Source: Bacteroidetes bacterium GWF2_33_38 (GTDB taxonomy: Bacteria > Bacteroidota > Bacteroidia > Bacteroidales > GWF2-33-38). Taken from it: a DNA stretch of 64,000 bases. A model generated the notes under the pieces. That model searched no databases. It was not told the origin of the DNA and was given only the letters and a program-made list of their open reading frames with translations. Each line of letters starts with the position of its first letter. Position 1 is the first letter of the stretch. Location: contig MEOF01000045.1 of assembly GCA_001769505.1 (NCBI GenBank), forward strand, positions 42,718-106,717, written 5' to 3'. The translations under genes and the position numbers were made by a program. Below, piece by piece: positions 45,808-59,300 of this stretch.

Positions 45808-47142
45808 TTATGAATCGATCTCTGGCTCCAATGGTAAAATCTTTTTGGTTTTTGCTCCCAATTCTCTGATTTTTTCTGCACTGCGGAGTACGTTTCCTTT
45901 TCCTTCGGAAAGTTTATTTAGCGAATTATCGAGACCCGATTGAGCGTCGCTAAGTTTCTTTTTTACAGATTGTAGATCTTCAACAAACCCAACAAGTTTG
46001 TCGTATAAAGCTCCACCTTGCCGTGCAATTTCCAATGCATTTTGATTCTGATATTCTTGACGCCAAAGGCTCACAATCATTTTAAGCGATGCGATTAAAT
46101 TTGTCGGACTTATTAATAAAACTCTTCTTTCATATGCATAATTCCATAAATCGGGCTCGTGTTGAATGGCAATCATATAAGCGGGTTCAATTGGCATAAA
46201 CATCATTACGAAATCAAGCGTTTTTATTTCATAAATATCCTGATAACTTTTTGCCGAAAGACCACTAATGTGATTTTTGATTGAAAGCAAATGATCTTTT
46301 AAAGCTGTTTCTTGTTCTGCTGCATTTCCCGAAGAACTATAACGCTCGTAAGCATTAAGCGAGACTTTCGAATCAATAATTATACATTTCTCTCCTGGAT
46401 AATGAATAACTACATCGGGCTGATAACGCTTGCCCTCATCGTTTGTGTACGAAGCCTGAATAAAATATTCTCGATCTCGAATCAGCCCCGATTTTTCTAA
46501 AATATTTTCCAAAATAATTTCACCCCAATTCCCTTGTGTTTTATTTTCCCCTTTCAGGGCATTTGTCAAATTATTTGCTTCTTTACTTATTTGTTGATTT
46601 AACTCAGCTAATCTTTTTACTTCTTCTTTTAGCGAAAATCGTTGTTGGGCTTCTTTGTCGTAGGCTTCATCTACCTTTTTCTCAAAATCTTTGATTTTTT
46701 CACCAAGTGGTTTTAAAAGTTGATCAAGGTTTACTTTGTTTTGTTCGGTAAATTTTTTTGTTTTCTCTTCTAAAATTTCGTTAGCTAAATTTTTAAATTC
46801 GACACTAAATTTTGTTTGAATATTTTCTAACTCCTGCTTTTGTTCAAGAAGTTTTTCTTTAAGATTTTCAAAATCAGATGTTTTGCTGGCAATTTCACTG
46901 CTTAATTTCAAAACTTTTTCTTTTTCCAGATTATATTCTGATTTTATTTCAGATATGTCGGAAGAAAGAATATTGATTCTCTCTTCTTTGACTCTTATGT
47001 CGCCGTTTAGTTTGTCTATTTGTGTTTTTAACACAGCGGTTTCACCAGAAACTAAAGAATTGTTTTTGTTTTTTAAGGTTGAAAACAACCATCCAACAGT
47101 AAAGCCTAACACAAGTCCTAAAAGAATATATCCAATTTCCAT
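45808..47142 (-). CDS. rmuC: DNA recombination protein RmuC
   Basis: N-terminal TM segment, long coiled coil and a C-terminal RmuC nuclease-like domain (...YQPDVVIHYPGEKCIIIDSKVSLNAYERY...). Confidence 0.9.
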   Translation of the reverse strand: MEIGYILLGLVLGFTVGWLFSTLKNKNNSLVSGETAVLKTQIDKLNGDIRVKEERINILSSDISEIKSEYNLEKEKVLKLSSEIASKTSDFENLKEKLLEQKQELENIQTKFSVEFKNLANEILEEKTKKFTEQNKVNLDQLLKPLGEKIKDFEKKVDEAYDKEAQQRFSLKEEVKRLAELNQQISKEANNLTNALKGENKTQGNWGEIILENILEKSGLIRDREYFIQASYTNDEGKRYQPDVVIHYPGEKCIIIDSKVSLNAYERYSSSGNAAEQETALKDHLLSIKNHISGLSAKSYQDIYEIKTLDFVMMFMPIEPAYMIAIQHEPDLWNYAYERRVLLISPTNLIASLKMIVSLWRQEYQNQNALEIARQGGALYDKLVGFVEDLQSVKKKLSDAQSGLDNSLNKLSEGKGNVLRSAEKIRELGAKTKKILPLEPEIDS

Positions 47143-47349
47143 CTTAATTTATTTTCGATAAAATTACTTTTTTTTTGTTGGAGAAAAAAATGACTTATCC
47201 ATTTTTCACGATACTTGCGTATGATTAAATTTATTTGCGAATCGGAATTCATTTTCTAATATTTCAATGTTGGATTTTTCAATGGGTAAATGATTGCTAA
47301 AAAAGTATTAACTTTGGAACAATTTGGAAAATTTTCCGTATAAATTTAT

Positions 47350-50300
47350 ATGAATCTGCGAAGTAAACATATTAATATGAAATCGAGACTTTTGCTAACA
47401 GTACTTATATTGTTTTGTGCTACTGGTTTGAGGGCACAAGATGGTCCGGGGGGAGTAGGAACATCTGCAAATAATATTCAATGGTTAAGGGCTGATAAAA
47501 TTGCATCAAATCCTGCTGATGGAACTACAATTACTCAGTGGGACGACCAGTCTGGGAATAATTGGCATGCTACCATTGGAGCAGGAATAAATGAACCAAC
47601 ATTTGAATCTGGGATTTTAAATGGAAAACCAATTCTTCGTTTTGATGGCACACAAGACTATATGGATTTTGATGCAAATGTTGAAACACAACTTTCGGGA
47701 AATAATTATAGCATTTTTTCAGTTGGAGCAAAAAGAACGCTGAATGCATACGACTTGTTTATTGGCGGTTCTTCAAATGGAACAAATCAATCCTTATTGT
47801 TTGGGATAGGAAATTCCACTACTAGATTTTGGTTAGGTCAAGTCAATAATAACTTATGGGGAGCTCTAATTTCAGGCGAGTCGGGAACTGATATAAACAC
47901 ATTTGGATTATTTTCGGGTTTTTTAGACAATGCAGTTGGTCATAAGATATACCAAAACGGTTCATTATTAAATTCAAATACTAACTTAACGCAACTCTCT
48001 GGCTTTCCAAATCCCTATTTAGCAAGATATCGTGCAACATATTATGAGGTTGATATTGCTGAGATGATAATCTATAATTCCAGTGTAAATACTGCACAAC
48101 GAAAAATTATCGATAATTACCTTGCTGCCAAGTATGGTATTACAATCGCAAATGATTATTTTGCTTATGAAGCTTCTCATCCAAATGAGTTAGCTGGAAT
48201 TGGCAGAGATGATGCATTAAACTTACATAACGACGCCAAAGGTTCTGGAATAGCTAGGGTTGATAATCCTAGCGACTTAGGAGATGGAGAATATTTCTTA
48301 TTTGGACACGATAATCAAAGCATTGCTTCTTGGTCAACCTCAGATTGTCCAACTACAGATATTCGTCGATTAATTAGAGAATGGCGGATAAGTCATGTGG
48401 GGAATGTTGGAACGGTTGATTTTACATTTTATACAACTCAAGTGGGTAGCGTGCTTCCTGCTTTAGCTCCGGCTGCATATACCAAATATGTAGTTTTAGT
48501 TGATGCCGATGGCGATTTTACATCTGGGGCTAGCGTTTATGAAGCTGTTGATGTAGGTGGAGGCAATTATAAAGCTAGTGGTTTAACTATTCCTGATGGT
48601 TATTTTATGACATTTGGAGAAATTATTCCCAAAATTCAATTCAGATTAGCAGCGTCATCAGGTCTCGAATCAGTATTAACTCCCAATTTAGATATTGACT
48701 TAAATTACATTGCTGGTAGCTCGGTTGATGTAGATTATACAACCGCAAGTGGAACTGCAACTGAAGGAGCTGCATGTTCTGACGATTTCAACGATCTTAC
48801 TGCTACTGCGACCATTTTATCTGGAACATCTTCAATATCTGTCGCATTGGATATTTGTGATGATGCGAATCCGGAGAGTGATGAGGCATTTACCATAACT
48901 TTATCTGGACCTACTGGAGGTGTTAATCTTGGAACAAATACCATCAATACTTATACGATTTTGGCGAACGATATGGGGCGATTGATTGAATTTCAGGGAA
49001 TAAGCTCAAGTGGGAACGAATCATTTACTCCTATAACAATTAATGTTGAAGTTGATGTTATTGATGCTGCCCCAACAACGGTTGACTACATCGTTACTGG
49101 TTCAGCAACTGCTGGAGGTGTCGATTATACACTGGCAAGTGGAACATTGACGATTCCTGCTGGTCAAAGTTTAGCAAATCCTCCCATAAGTATTGTAATT
49201 AATAACGATGTTATAAATGAAAATACGGAAACAGTAGTCATTACATTGTTAAATCCATCAGGTACAGATGTTTGCTTAGGAAGCGATATTGAATATACAT
49301 ATTCAATAATTGATGACGATAGCCAACCTACGTTACAATTTCAATTAAGTTCCGATGCATCATCAGAGGATGCTGGAACGGTAAACATAAATGTTCAATT
49401 ATCTGCAGTATCTGGGCGAGATGTTTCTGTTGACTATCTTGTTTCTGGAACAGCCATTGGTGGAGGAGCTGATTATACTGCATTAAGTTCAGGAACATTG
49501 GTAATCCCCGCTGGAAATCTTAGTAAAAATATTTCGGCATTAATTATTGATGACTCAAATATTGAAGTTGATGAGTCAATTATTTTAAGTTTGTCAAATC
49601 CTTCTGGTGCAAGTTTGGGCACTAATGATGTTCATACTTCTATGATTAACGATAATGATTTTTTTGGGTGGACTGGACCAGGAGGAGTCGGTGATGCGGT
49701 AACCAATTCAATGTGGTTGAGGGCAGATAAAGGAACTTCCACAACAACCGATGGAAATACATTTGATCAATGGGACGACCAATCGGGCAATACGAACTCA
49801 AGTTTTCAAACAACGGCTAACAATATGCCAACATTTAAAACGAATGTGCTTAATGCAAAACCAGTTGTTCGCTTTGATGGAACAAATGACTTTATGAATA
49901 TTGACCCTGTATTATCAGGAGGCGATGGCTTAGACGAACTGTTAAATACTTCATATACAGTTATGTTGGTTGGAGCACGACGTAGAAATGTTGTAAATTA
50001 TTTCTTTGGTGGTTCTTCGACAAATAATAACGAGCAATTAATGATGGGGTGGAATAATCTAACACCACTTAGATTTCAGTTAAATCAATATGGAAATGCA
50101 GTTACTGTAACAGGACCTGCAACAACTAGTCTAGATCAGTATGCTCTGTTTGGTGGACTGTATAATTCAACCCTTGGACATTATTTGTATGAAAACGGAA
50201 CTCAAATGGCGTCTAATACGAATACTGTTGGCTTGAATGCTTACCCTGACCCTTATTTAGGAAGACGACAAGGAACATACTACGAAGTTGATATTGCTGA

Positions 50301-53300
50301 AATGTTAATTTATAATCAAGATTTAAGTAGTTGTCAAAGAATAATCGTTGAAAATTATTTGGGGGCGAAATATGGATTAAGTGTTGCCAATACTAGATAT
50401 GTTTATGCATCTCAACATCCAAATGATGTTGCTGGAATAGGGAGAGTAAGTGCGTTTGATATGCACACAGCTGCAAAAGGCTCTGGAATCTTGAAAATTG
50501 GAAATGCTTCGGCTTTAGATAATGGAGATTATTTCTTATTTGGACATAATGGAGGAAGCATCGCTTCCTTTACAACTACAGAAGCTCCGACTGATGTCGA
50601 AAGAGTTACTCGTGAATGGAGAGCAGATCAAACTGGAGATGTAGGAACTGTATCGGTTTCTTTATATAATGATCAAATTGATGACGATTTTATAGCTTTT
50701 GACCCTTCCTTAATCCCTGTAATAATGATTGATGCCGACGGAGATTTTAGTTCTGGTGCAAGCCTAATTGAAATGATTGATATGGGAGACTGGGGAGATG
50801 GATTAGGTAATTTTTATCAGGCATACAATGTTACCATTCCTGATGGTTATTATTTCACTTTTGGACAAGTTGATCCTAAAATTCAATTTACATTAAGCTC
50901 ATCAGGAGGGCAGGAAGATGAAGCAACAGTTGATATTGAAGTTTCTTTGAATTATAGTCCATACATAAATGTTGATGTTGATTATGCTGTAAGTGGAGGA
51001 GATGCCGTAGGTGCAGGAACAGATTATACGCTAGCATCGGGAACATTAACTATTGTTTCCGGAACAAATTCAAATACATTTTCTATTTCAGTCGTTGACG
51101 ATCCAGATGTTGAAAATACAGAAACAATAGACATAGAATTAACAAATCCTTCATGGCCTGCAATGTTAGGATTAAATACTGTTCATACATACAGTATATT
51201 CGATAATGATTTGGCAAAGAAAGTTCAATTTGCAACCATTACAAATACTGCAGATGAAGCGTTTACTCCATTAACGGTTACAGTAGAATTGGTTGGCGGA
51301 ACAGGAAATCCCACAACTGTTGATTTTGTTGCATCGGGAACCGCAACGAATGGAGTCGATTATACAATTGTTACAGCCTCTCCTCTTTCAATAGGAGCGG
51401 GATTAACCACTGCCACTATTACAATTAACATTAACGATGATGCGATTTATGAAAATGCGGAAACAATAATACTTACACTTTCTAACCCTTCTATTGATGC
51501 AAACCTTGGAACAGATTTAGTTTATACCTATAATTTATTAGATAACGACCTTTCTCCAACGGTTCAATTTACATATTCGGAGTCAAGCGGTTCAGAGGGA
51601 ACTACATATCCAACATTTCAAATTACACAATCTGCTGCATCGGGGAGTGCCACAACTGTAAATTATACAGTTACAGGAACCGCATCAAACGGAGGAATTG
51701 ACTATACGCTTTCAGACGGGATTGCGACAATTTCTGCCGGTTCAACAACTGTTACGGTAAATCCTGTTGTTTCCGATGATGCATTAATCGAAAATCCTGA
51801 AACAATTATTATTACACTAATTGGAGTAACGGGAGCTACATTAGGAACAAATGTAATATATACTTATACAATATTAGATAACGAATTTTGGGGATATACA
51901 GGACCGGGCGGAGTAGGTGATGCAAACTTTAATACGTTGTGGCTAAAAGCCGACGACGGAACTTCCACAACCTCTGATGGTGCGTTTATGGATACTTGGT
52001 CTGATAAATCGGGAAATGGAAACGATTATTCAAATGCAGGAGGAACAAGTGATGACCCATTATATGTGGTTAACGGATTAAATAGCCGACCAATAATACG
52101 TTTTGACGGAGGATCTGATTATCTGGAGGAAACAGATGGCGTTTCGGATATATTAGGAGGTTCATATGCGATATTTGCCGTGGCAGCAAGACGATTAGCA
52201 GACGGTGCGGCTAAAGTTATACTTGGCGGTAGTAGTACTACAGATCACTTATTGTTTTATTGGCTAGATATTACAGGCACTAATTTTAGATTAAGGCAAA
52301 ATGTTGCTGGTGCTGCAACAAATTTAGATGTTACAGTTAGTAATGTTGCAAGCGAATTTTCTATTTTGTCAGGATTTTCAAGTACCGTAAATGGAAAAAG
52401 TATTTATGGTAACGGAACTTTATTGGGAAGTAATATTGCACAAACAAATCAATTGACCACTTACCCGAATCCATATATTGCACGGTACACTACAACATAT
52501 TATCCAATCGATGTTGCCGAAATTATACAATTCAACACAGATTTAGGGACTACCAAAAGAAATATTGTTGACAATTATTTGGCTGCAAAATATAACACAA
52601 CAATTTCGAATGATAAATATGCTTATCAAGCAAATCATGGAAGTGAAGTTGCCGGATTAGGAAAAGAAAGTTCAATCGACTTGCATACTACAACTCAAGG
52701 ATCGGGAATTGTTCGTATTAGCGATGCCGATAATCTTGATAATAGCGAGTATTTATTTTTTGGTCATGATGGCTCTAGCATTGCTTCTTGGACAACAACG
52801 GAAGCTCCTTCTGATGTCGAACGATTAGCTAGAGAATGGAGAGTAGATCACGATGGCGGTAATGTAGGAACAATTAGTTTAAGTCTAGAAACTAGTTCGT
52901 TGCTTGCTCCTTCAGGTGGTTATACAAAGCGGGTAGTGTTAGTTGATGCAGATGGAGATTTTACGTCCGGTGCAATTATATACGAAATGGAAGTAGCAGA
53001 TGGAACATATTATAAAGCTACGGGGGTTGATGTTCCTGATGGATATTACATAACTTTTGGAAATTTAATTCCTAAAGTTCAGTTTGTATCTGCAACTTCA
53101 AGTGATTTTGAGAATGTTAGCAATCCAACCATTCAACTATATTTGAATTATATACCTTGTACATCTGTAACCGTTGATTATTCGGCTGCGGACGGAACTG
53201 CATTTGGCGGGGGAGTTGACTATACTCTGGCATTAGGAACAGCAACAATTGTTTATGGAACAACAACTGCATTAATTTCGCCAACAATATTTAATGATGT

Positions 53301-56300
53301 TGTTGTGGAGTCAAGTGAGAATTTTACTATTACACTTAATTCTGCTTCTGGCGGAGTCCAAATAGGAACAACTAATATTCATACATACACCATAAATGAT
53401 GATGATTCTCCTCGTCAGATTTATTTTGCCATAACGGGTGCTTCAGGAGATGAAAGCTTTTCAACTATTAATGTTACAGTACAAATCAATTTGGTTGATG
53501 CAACCAACCCAACAGCCGTTGATTATACAGTAACTGGAACAGCTTCTGGTATAGGAGTGGATTATACTCTTGCTAGTGGAACAGCCCAAGTAGATGCAAC
53601 ATTTACGACAACAAGCTTAACAATAACTGTTAATAACGATTTGCTTGATGAAGGGGACGAGACGGTAATTATTACCCTCTCAAATCCGACAAACAGTATT
53701 TTAGGTGCAAATCAGGTTTATACTTATACAATTGTTGATAACGACTCTGAGCCAACTGTTGAATTTTCACTTGCCACATCCTTGGGTTCAGAAGGAGCTA
53801 CTCCTGCAAGTGTTGTTGTTTCATTGTCAGCAATTTCAGGTCAGGATGTTACTGTAAATTATGATGTTAATGTTGGAAGTACAGCAACGGGTTCGGGAAC
53901 CGATTATTCTTTAGCAAATGGAATACTTACAATACCTGCTGGAAGCTTAACGGCAAATATTAGTATTGGAATTACCGATGATGCTTTGGTTGAAACAACT
54001 GAAACAATTGTGATTGATTTATCTTCTCCAAGTGGAGCAGGTTTAGATGCAATAACTCAACATACATTTTCTATTATAGATAATGATGATATTGGATTCG
54101 TTGGACCGGGTGGAGTTGGAAATAGTAATAATTTAAGTATTTGGTATCTTCCAGAACTAGAGGCTTATGGAAATGGAGCTAATGTTACTTCTTTAACTGA
54201 CTATTCAGGAAATGCAAATGATGCCACTGCACCTGGTGGAAACGAGCCTGTATTCCAAACAAATATTGTCAATTCCTTGCCAATAGTTCGTTTTACTCAA
54301 GCAAACAGCGATTATTTAAATTACAATTATGGAGCAGGAACATCTGTTGATAATAGCTCATATTCAATTTATTCCGTAGCACAACGAAATACTAATGTTA
54401 ACGGAGATGTATTGCCAATTTTTGGTGGACCAAACAACAATGCAAATGAGTATGTTTATTTAGCTTGGGTAGATAGAAGTGGAGATAATCCAGATATTCG
54501 ATTCAGCCAAAATGGAGCGGGTGTTTGTAGCGGGAATTGGGATCATGTTAATGGTACATTTAACATAATATCTGGAACATTCGATGTAATAGGAGGAAGA
54601 AATTTTTACAATAATAGTGCTACCGTGGTAACCAATGCAAATACTGTGGTTATTGGAAGTGTGCCAAATCCTCCATGCATTGGTCGTCAAAATGCAAATT
54701 ACGCTGACTTTGATGCAGCAGAGTTATTTCAATATCACATTAAGCTAAACGATGCACAAAGAATAATAGTTGACAATTATTTATCCTCGAAATATGCTAT
54801 TGCCGTTGGAGGAAACGATAGATTTGCTATTGCTGATGAAACAACATACCGACATCAAGTTATTGGAATCGGTCGTGAAGATGCCAGCAATTTTCATACA
54901 GCTGCTCAAGGGCGTGGAATCGTGAAAATATGGAATTCGAATAGCCTCGACAATGCAGATTATCTATTACTTGGACACGACAATGCGGTAATGGCTTGGA
55001 CTGCAACGGGAGCTCCTGCTTCTACAGAGCTTTGTGGTAGAGTTTGGCGTTTTGATGAAACTGGAGATATCGGAGAAATTACCATTTCCGTTGATAACGC
55101 AACGATTGATGCACTAGGTGGTTTAGGAGCTTATAGTGGTTATGCTTTAATATTATCAACAGATAATGATTTTTCTACTACAGGAGATCAAACACTGTTT
55201 GAACTTAATACTAATGGAAGTTATTATGAAGCCTTAAATGCAACAATTGGTGGCGATAAATATATGACCGTTGTGAGATGTAACAAAACAGTTGAGTTCT
55301 CTCTAGCATCTTCAAGCGGAGGCGAAAATATGAGTCCAGCATCAATTACTGTTGAGTTGAATTTTGTGCCACAAACTGACATTACTGTTAGCTACACAGT
55401 TGCTGATGTAACTGCAACAGGTGGCGGAATTGATTACACATTGGCAAACGGAACGGTTGTAATAAATGCTTACAATACAACTGCAACAATAGAACCTTCA
55501 ATATTGTATGATGTTATTAATCCTGAAGCAGATGAGGATTTTACTATTACATTGACTGGTGCTGATAATGGAGTTGTTGTTGGAACAACCGACGAACATA
55601 CATTTACAATTACAAATGTTGCAAACAATTTGACAGTTGATTTTCAGCAAGTAACTTCATCTGGAGATGAAAGCTTTACTTCTATTAACTTAGTTGTTAC
55701 GTTGAATGGTGTTTATACAAGCGATATTGATATTGACTATGCCGTAACAGGAGGAACAGCTGTTGATCCCGATGATTATGGTTTAGTTGCAGGAACAGTT
55801 ACTATTTTAGCAGGAAATTTAACGGTAAACATTCCAATAAGTATAGTTGACGATGCTGTTGACGAAAGCAACGAAACAATAGACGTAACAATTAGTAATC
55901 CGGAAGCTCCTTCAATTTTAGGAACTCAGCTAATTCATACTTATACCATTACAGATAATGATCCAAGTCCAACTATTCAATTTACTTCAGCAAGTGGTAG
56001 TGGCACGGAGGCTGTCCCAAATCCTGCAATTGAAATAAGTATGTCGGCGGCAACAGGTCAAGATATTACCGTTGATTACACTGTAACTGGAGGAACAGCA
56101 ACCGGAGGAGGTTCTGACTATACATTAGCAAACGGAACAGCAACAATAGTGGCAGGAGCAACAACGGTTGATATTCTTCCTATTATTGTTTACACAGCAA
56201 CAACTGAACTTTCAGAAACAATAATAATTACGTTGTCAAATCCGATAGGAGCAACTTTAGGAGCAAATTCAACTTTTGTGTTTACAATAATTGATATTGA

Positions 56301-59300
56301 TGATTTTGGAATCACGGGTCCTGGTGGTGTTGGTGATGCAAATAATAATAAAATTTGGTACAAAGCCGATAATGGACCTTCTTCAACGGTTGATGGTTCT
56401 TTGGTTAGTCAATGGAGCGATGTCTCAGGAAATACAATTCATGCGACACAAGCAACAACAACAAATCAACCAACTTATATACAGAATGGTGTGGGAGGAA
56501 AACCTGTATTACGATTTGATGGAACAAGCGATTACTTTTTTTATTCTCCGACTTTTGTTGAATTAGCTAATTATACTATAGTTTCAGTTGCTGCAAGAAG
56601 GAGTAGTTCGGTTTTTAATACAATACTTGGAAGTAGCTCAAATACAGCAAGTCGATACTTGCGTTTCGGTTGGACTTCCGATAATCGATTTAATTTCCAA
56701 ACAGATAACAATGTTGTAAATGCACTTATTACTCAAACAGGATTAAATGTGTTTAATGTTTATTCGGGAGTTTTCAACAATGCAGTGGGGACAGGGAAAA
56801 ATGTTTATGAAAATAATACCATTCCCACAAGCGGAACAAATACTCTCGCTATTAATACTGTTTCTCCTTCGTTTAATGGAACGCCATATATCGGAAATTG
56901 GAGAGGAACCTACGCTGCTGTTGATATTGCCGAAATAGTAATGTATAATACAAATTTAAATACAGCACAATTAAAAATCGTAAATAGTTACCTTGCTGCG
57001 AAATATAGCTTAACGATATCTAACGATAAGTTTACTTATGATGCAACGCATCGAAATGATGTTGCAGGTATAGGACGGGATAATATCAGTAATTACCATA
57101 CTGCTGCAAGAGGACCTGGAATTATTAAAATTTCGAGTCCAAACTCCTTAGATGATGGAGATTATATGTTGTGGGGACACGATAATGGTTCAATCGCTTC
57201 TTGGGTTAGCACAGATGTTCCAACCGACGTTCAACGATTAAGTCGTGAATGGAGATTTGACCAAACAGGAAATGTGGGAACGCTTACTTTTACGGTTTAC
57301 GATTTAGCTGGAGCGATAGCTGTTCCTGTAGGAACTAAACCAATTGTGATGGTTGACAGCGATGGAGATTTTACAGCAGGAGCTATTTTGTACGAATTAT
57401 CAGATATTGGAGGCGATGATTATGAAGCAACTTCTGTTACTATTGCAGACGGCTATTATGTTGCAGTTGGATGCATCACTCCAAAAGTTCAATTTACGTT
57501 AACAACCTCTTCGGGAAATGAACCAACATCAAGTCCTAATTTACAAATTACGCTAAACTACATACCAAATGCAGCAATAACTGTAAATTATTCTGTTTCA
57601 AACATTACGGCTACTGGAGGGGGTGTAGATTATACTCTAGCAAGTCCGGGGACTGTAATAATTTCAGCAGGAGCTCAAACGGCTAATATTACACCAACTA
57701 TTGTAAATGACGTGTTTGCTGAGGCGAATGAAACATTCTCAGTAACCTTAACAGGTGCAACCGCTCCAGTGATTATTGGAACAAATGCTATGAATACTTT
57801 TACTATTGTAGATGATGACAATGCTAGAATTATTCAATTTTCTTCTACTAGTTCTACTGCTGATGAAAGTTTGTCGCCGTCTTTGACAATACAGATAGAT
57901 AATATTGATGCAGTAAATCCAACCACGGTTAATTATACAATTACTGGAACAGCAAATGGCTCAGATTATACAATTATTGATGGAATCGCTACGATAATTG
58001 CAGGAAATAATAATACGACTATTAGTTTAGGTATTCTTGACGACGCAGTTTATGAGGTAAATGAAACCGTTATAATTACCTTGTCTTCTCCAACAAATGC
58101 AGGTTTAGGAACAAATTATATTTATACGTATACGATTATTGATAATGATACTCCACCTACAATTGCTTTTACAATTTCAACCTCAAATGGCAGCGAAGAA
58201 ACAACACCAGTACTTCTTGAAATATCATTATCGGCAGTATCAGGAGCAGAAACATCCGTGTTTTATACGGTATCTGGAGGTACAGCAACTGGTGGAGGAA
58301 CCGATTATACATTGGCAAATGGAACAGCAACGGTAACAGCTGGAGCTTTAACAGGAACGATTAGTATTTTAATCACAAATGATTTAACTATAGAAACTGA
58401 TGAGACAATTATTATTACTCTTTCTGCACCATCAGGAGCAACATTAGGAGTAATAACAGTTCATACATTCACTATTATTGATGATGATAATATTGGAATT
58501 ACTGGTCCGGGAGGAGTTGGAGACCAAAATTATAATAATTTATGGTTATGTGATCCTGTTGCTGGTTCAATAACAACTTGGTCTGATATTTCAGGGAACG
58601 GAAATAATGCTGTTCAGGCAACCGTTGCAAATAAACCTACATTAAATGCAGGTACAGTAGCGTCAAATAATAAACCGTTTTTATATTTTGACAATTCTGT
58701 AGGTGGAACGGCAAGTGATGATTATATGACATATAGCTATGCCGTGGGGACAGATATTGCTGCGACTCCACATACAGTTTTTGCCGTTGGTGCAAGAGTT
58801 ACTAATGTTGCTAATTATATTTTAGGAGGTACAGCTACAAATTATTGGGATTTAAGATTGGGGTGGAGTAATACAGAAATAACAAGTCCAAATATTTTAT
58901 TTGATCAAACTATAGCAGCAACAAGAGCTCAAGGACAATCGACGAAAGTTACTGGAACATTCTCTGTTTTAACAGGCAGAGCTAGCAGTACAACTGGCAA
59001 ATCACTGTTAGAAGATGGATACACAAGAGGTACAGTTGCAAATAATACATTGTTAACTCAAACGACAACGCCTTATATTGCCCGCTATGGAGGGACTTAT
59101 TATCGGGTTAATGTAGCAGAAATAATTCAATATAAAACTGCTCTTAACACAGCACAACGAAGAATCGTAGAAAACTATTTGGGTGCAAAGTTTGCCTTAA
59201 CAAATAGTAATGATTTATTTGCTTACGATGCAACTTTTGGTAACGAAGTAATAGGAATTGGTCGTGAAAATTCTACGAATTTTCATAATGCAGCTCAAGG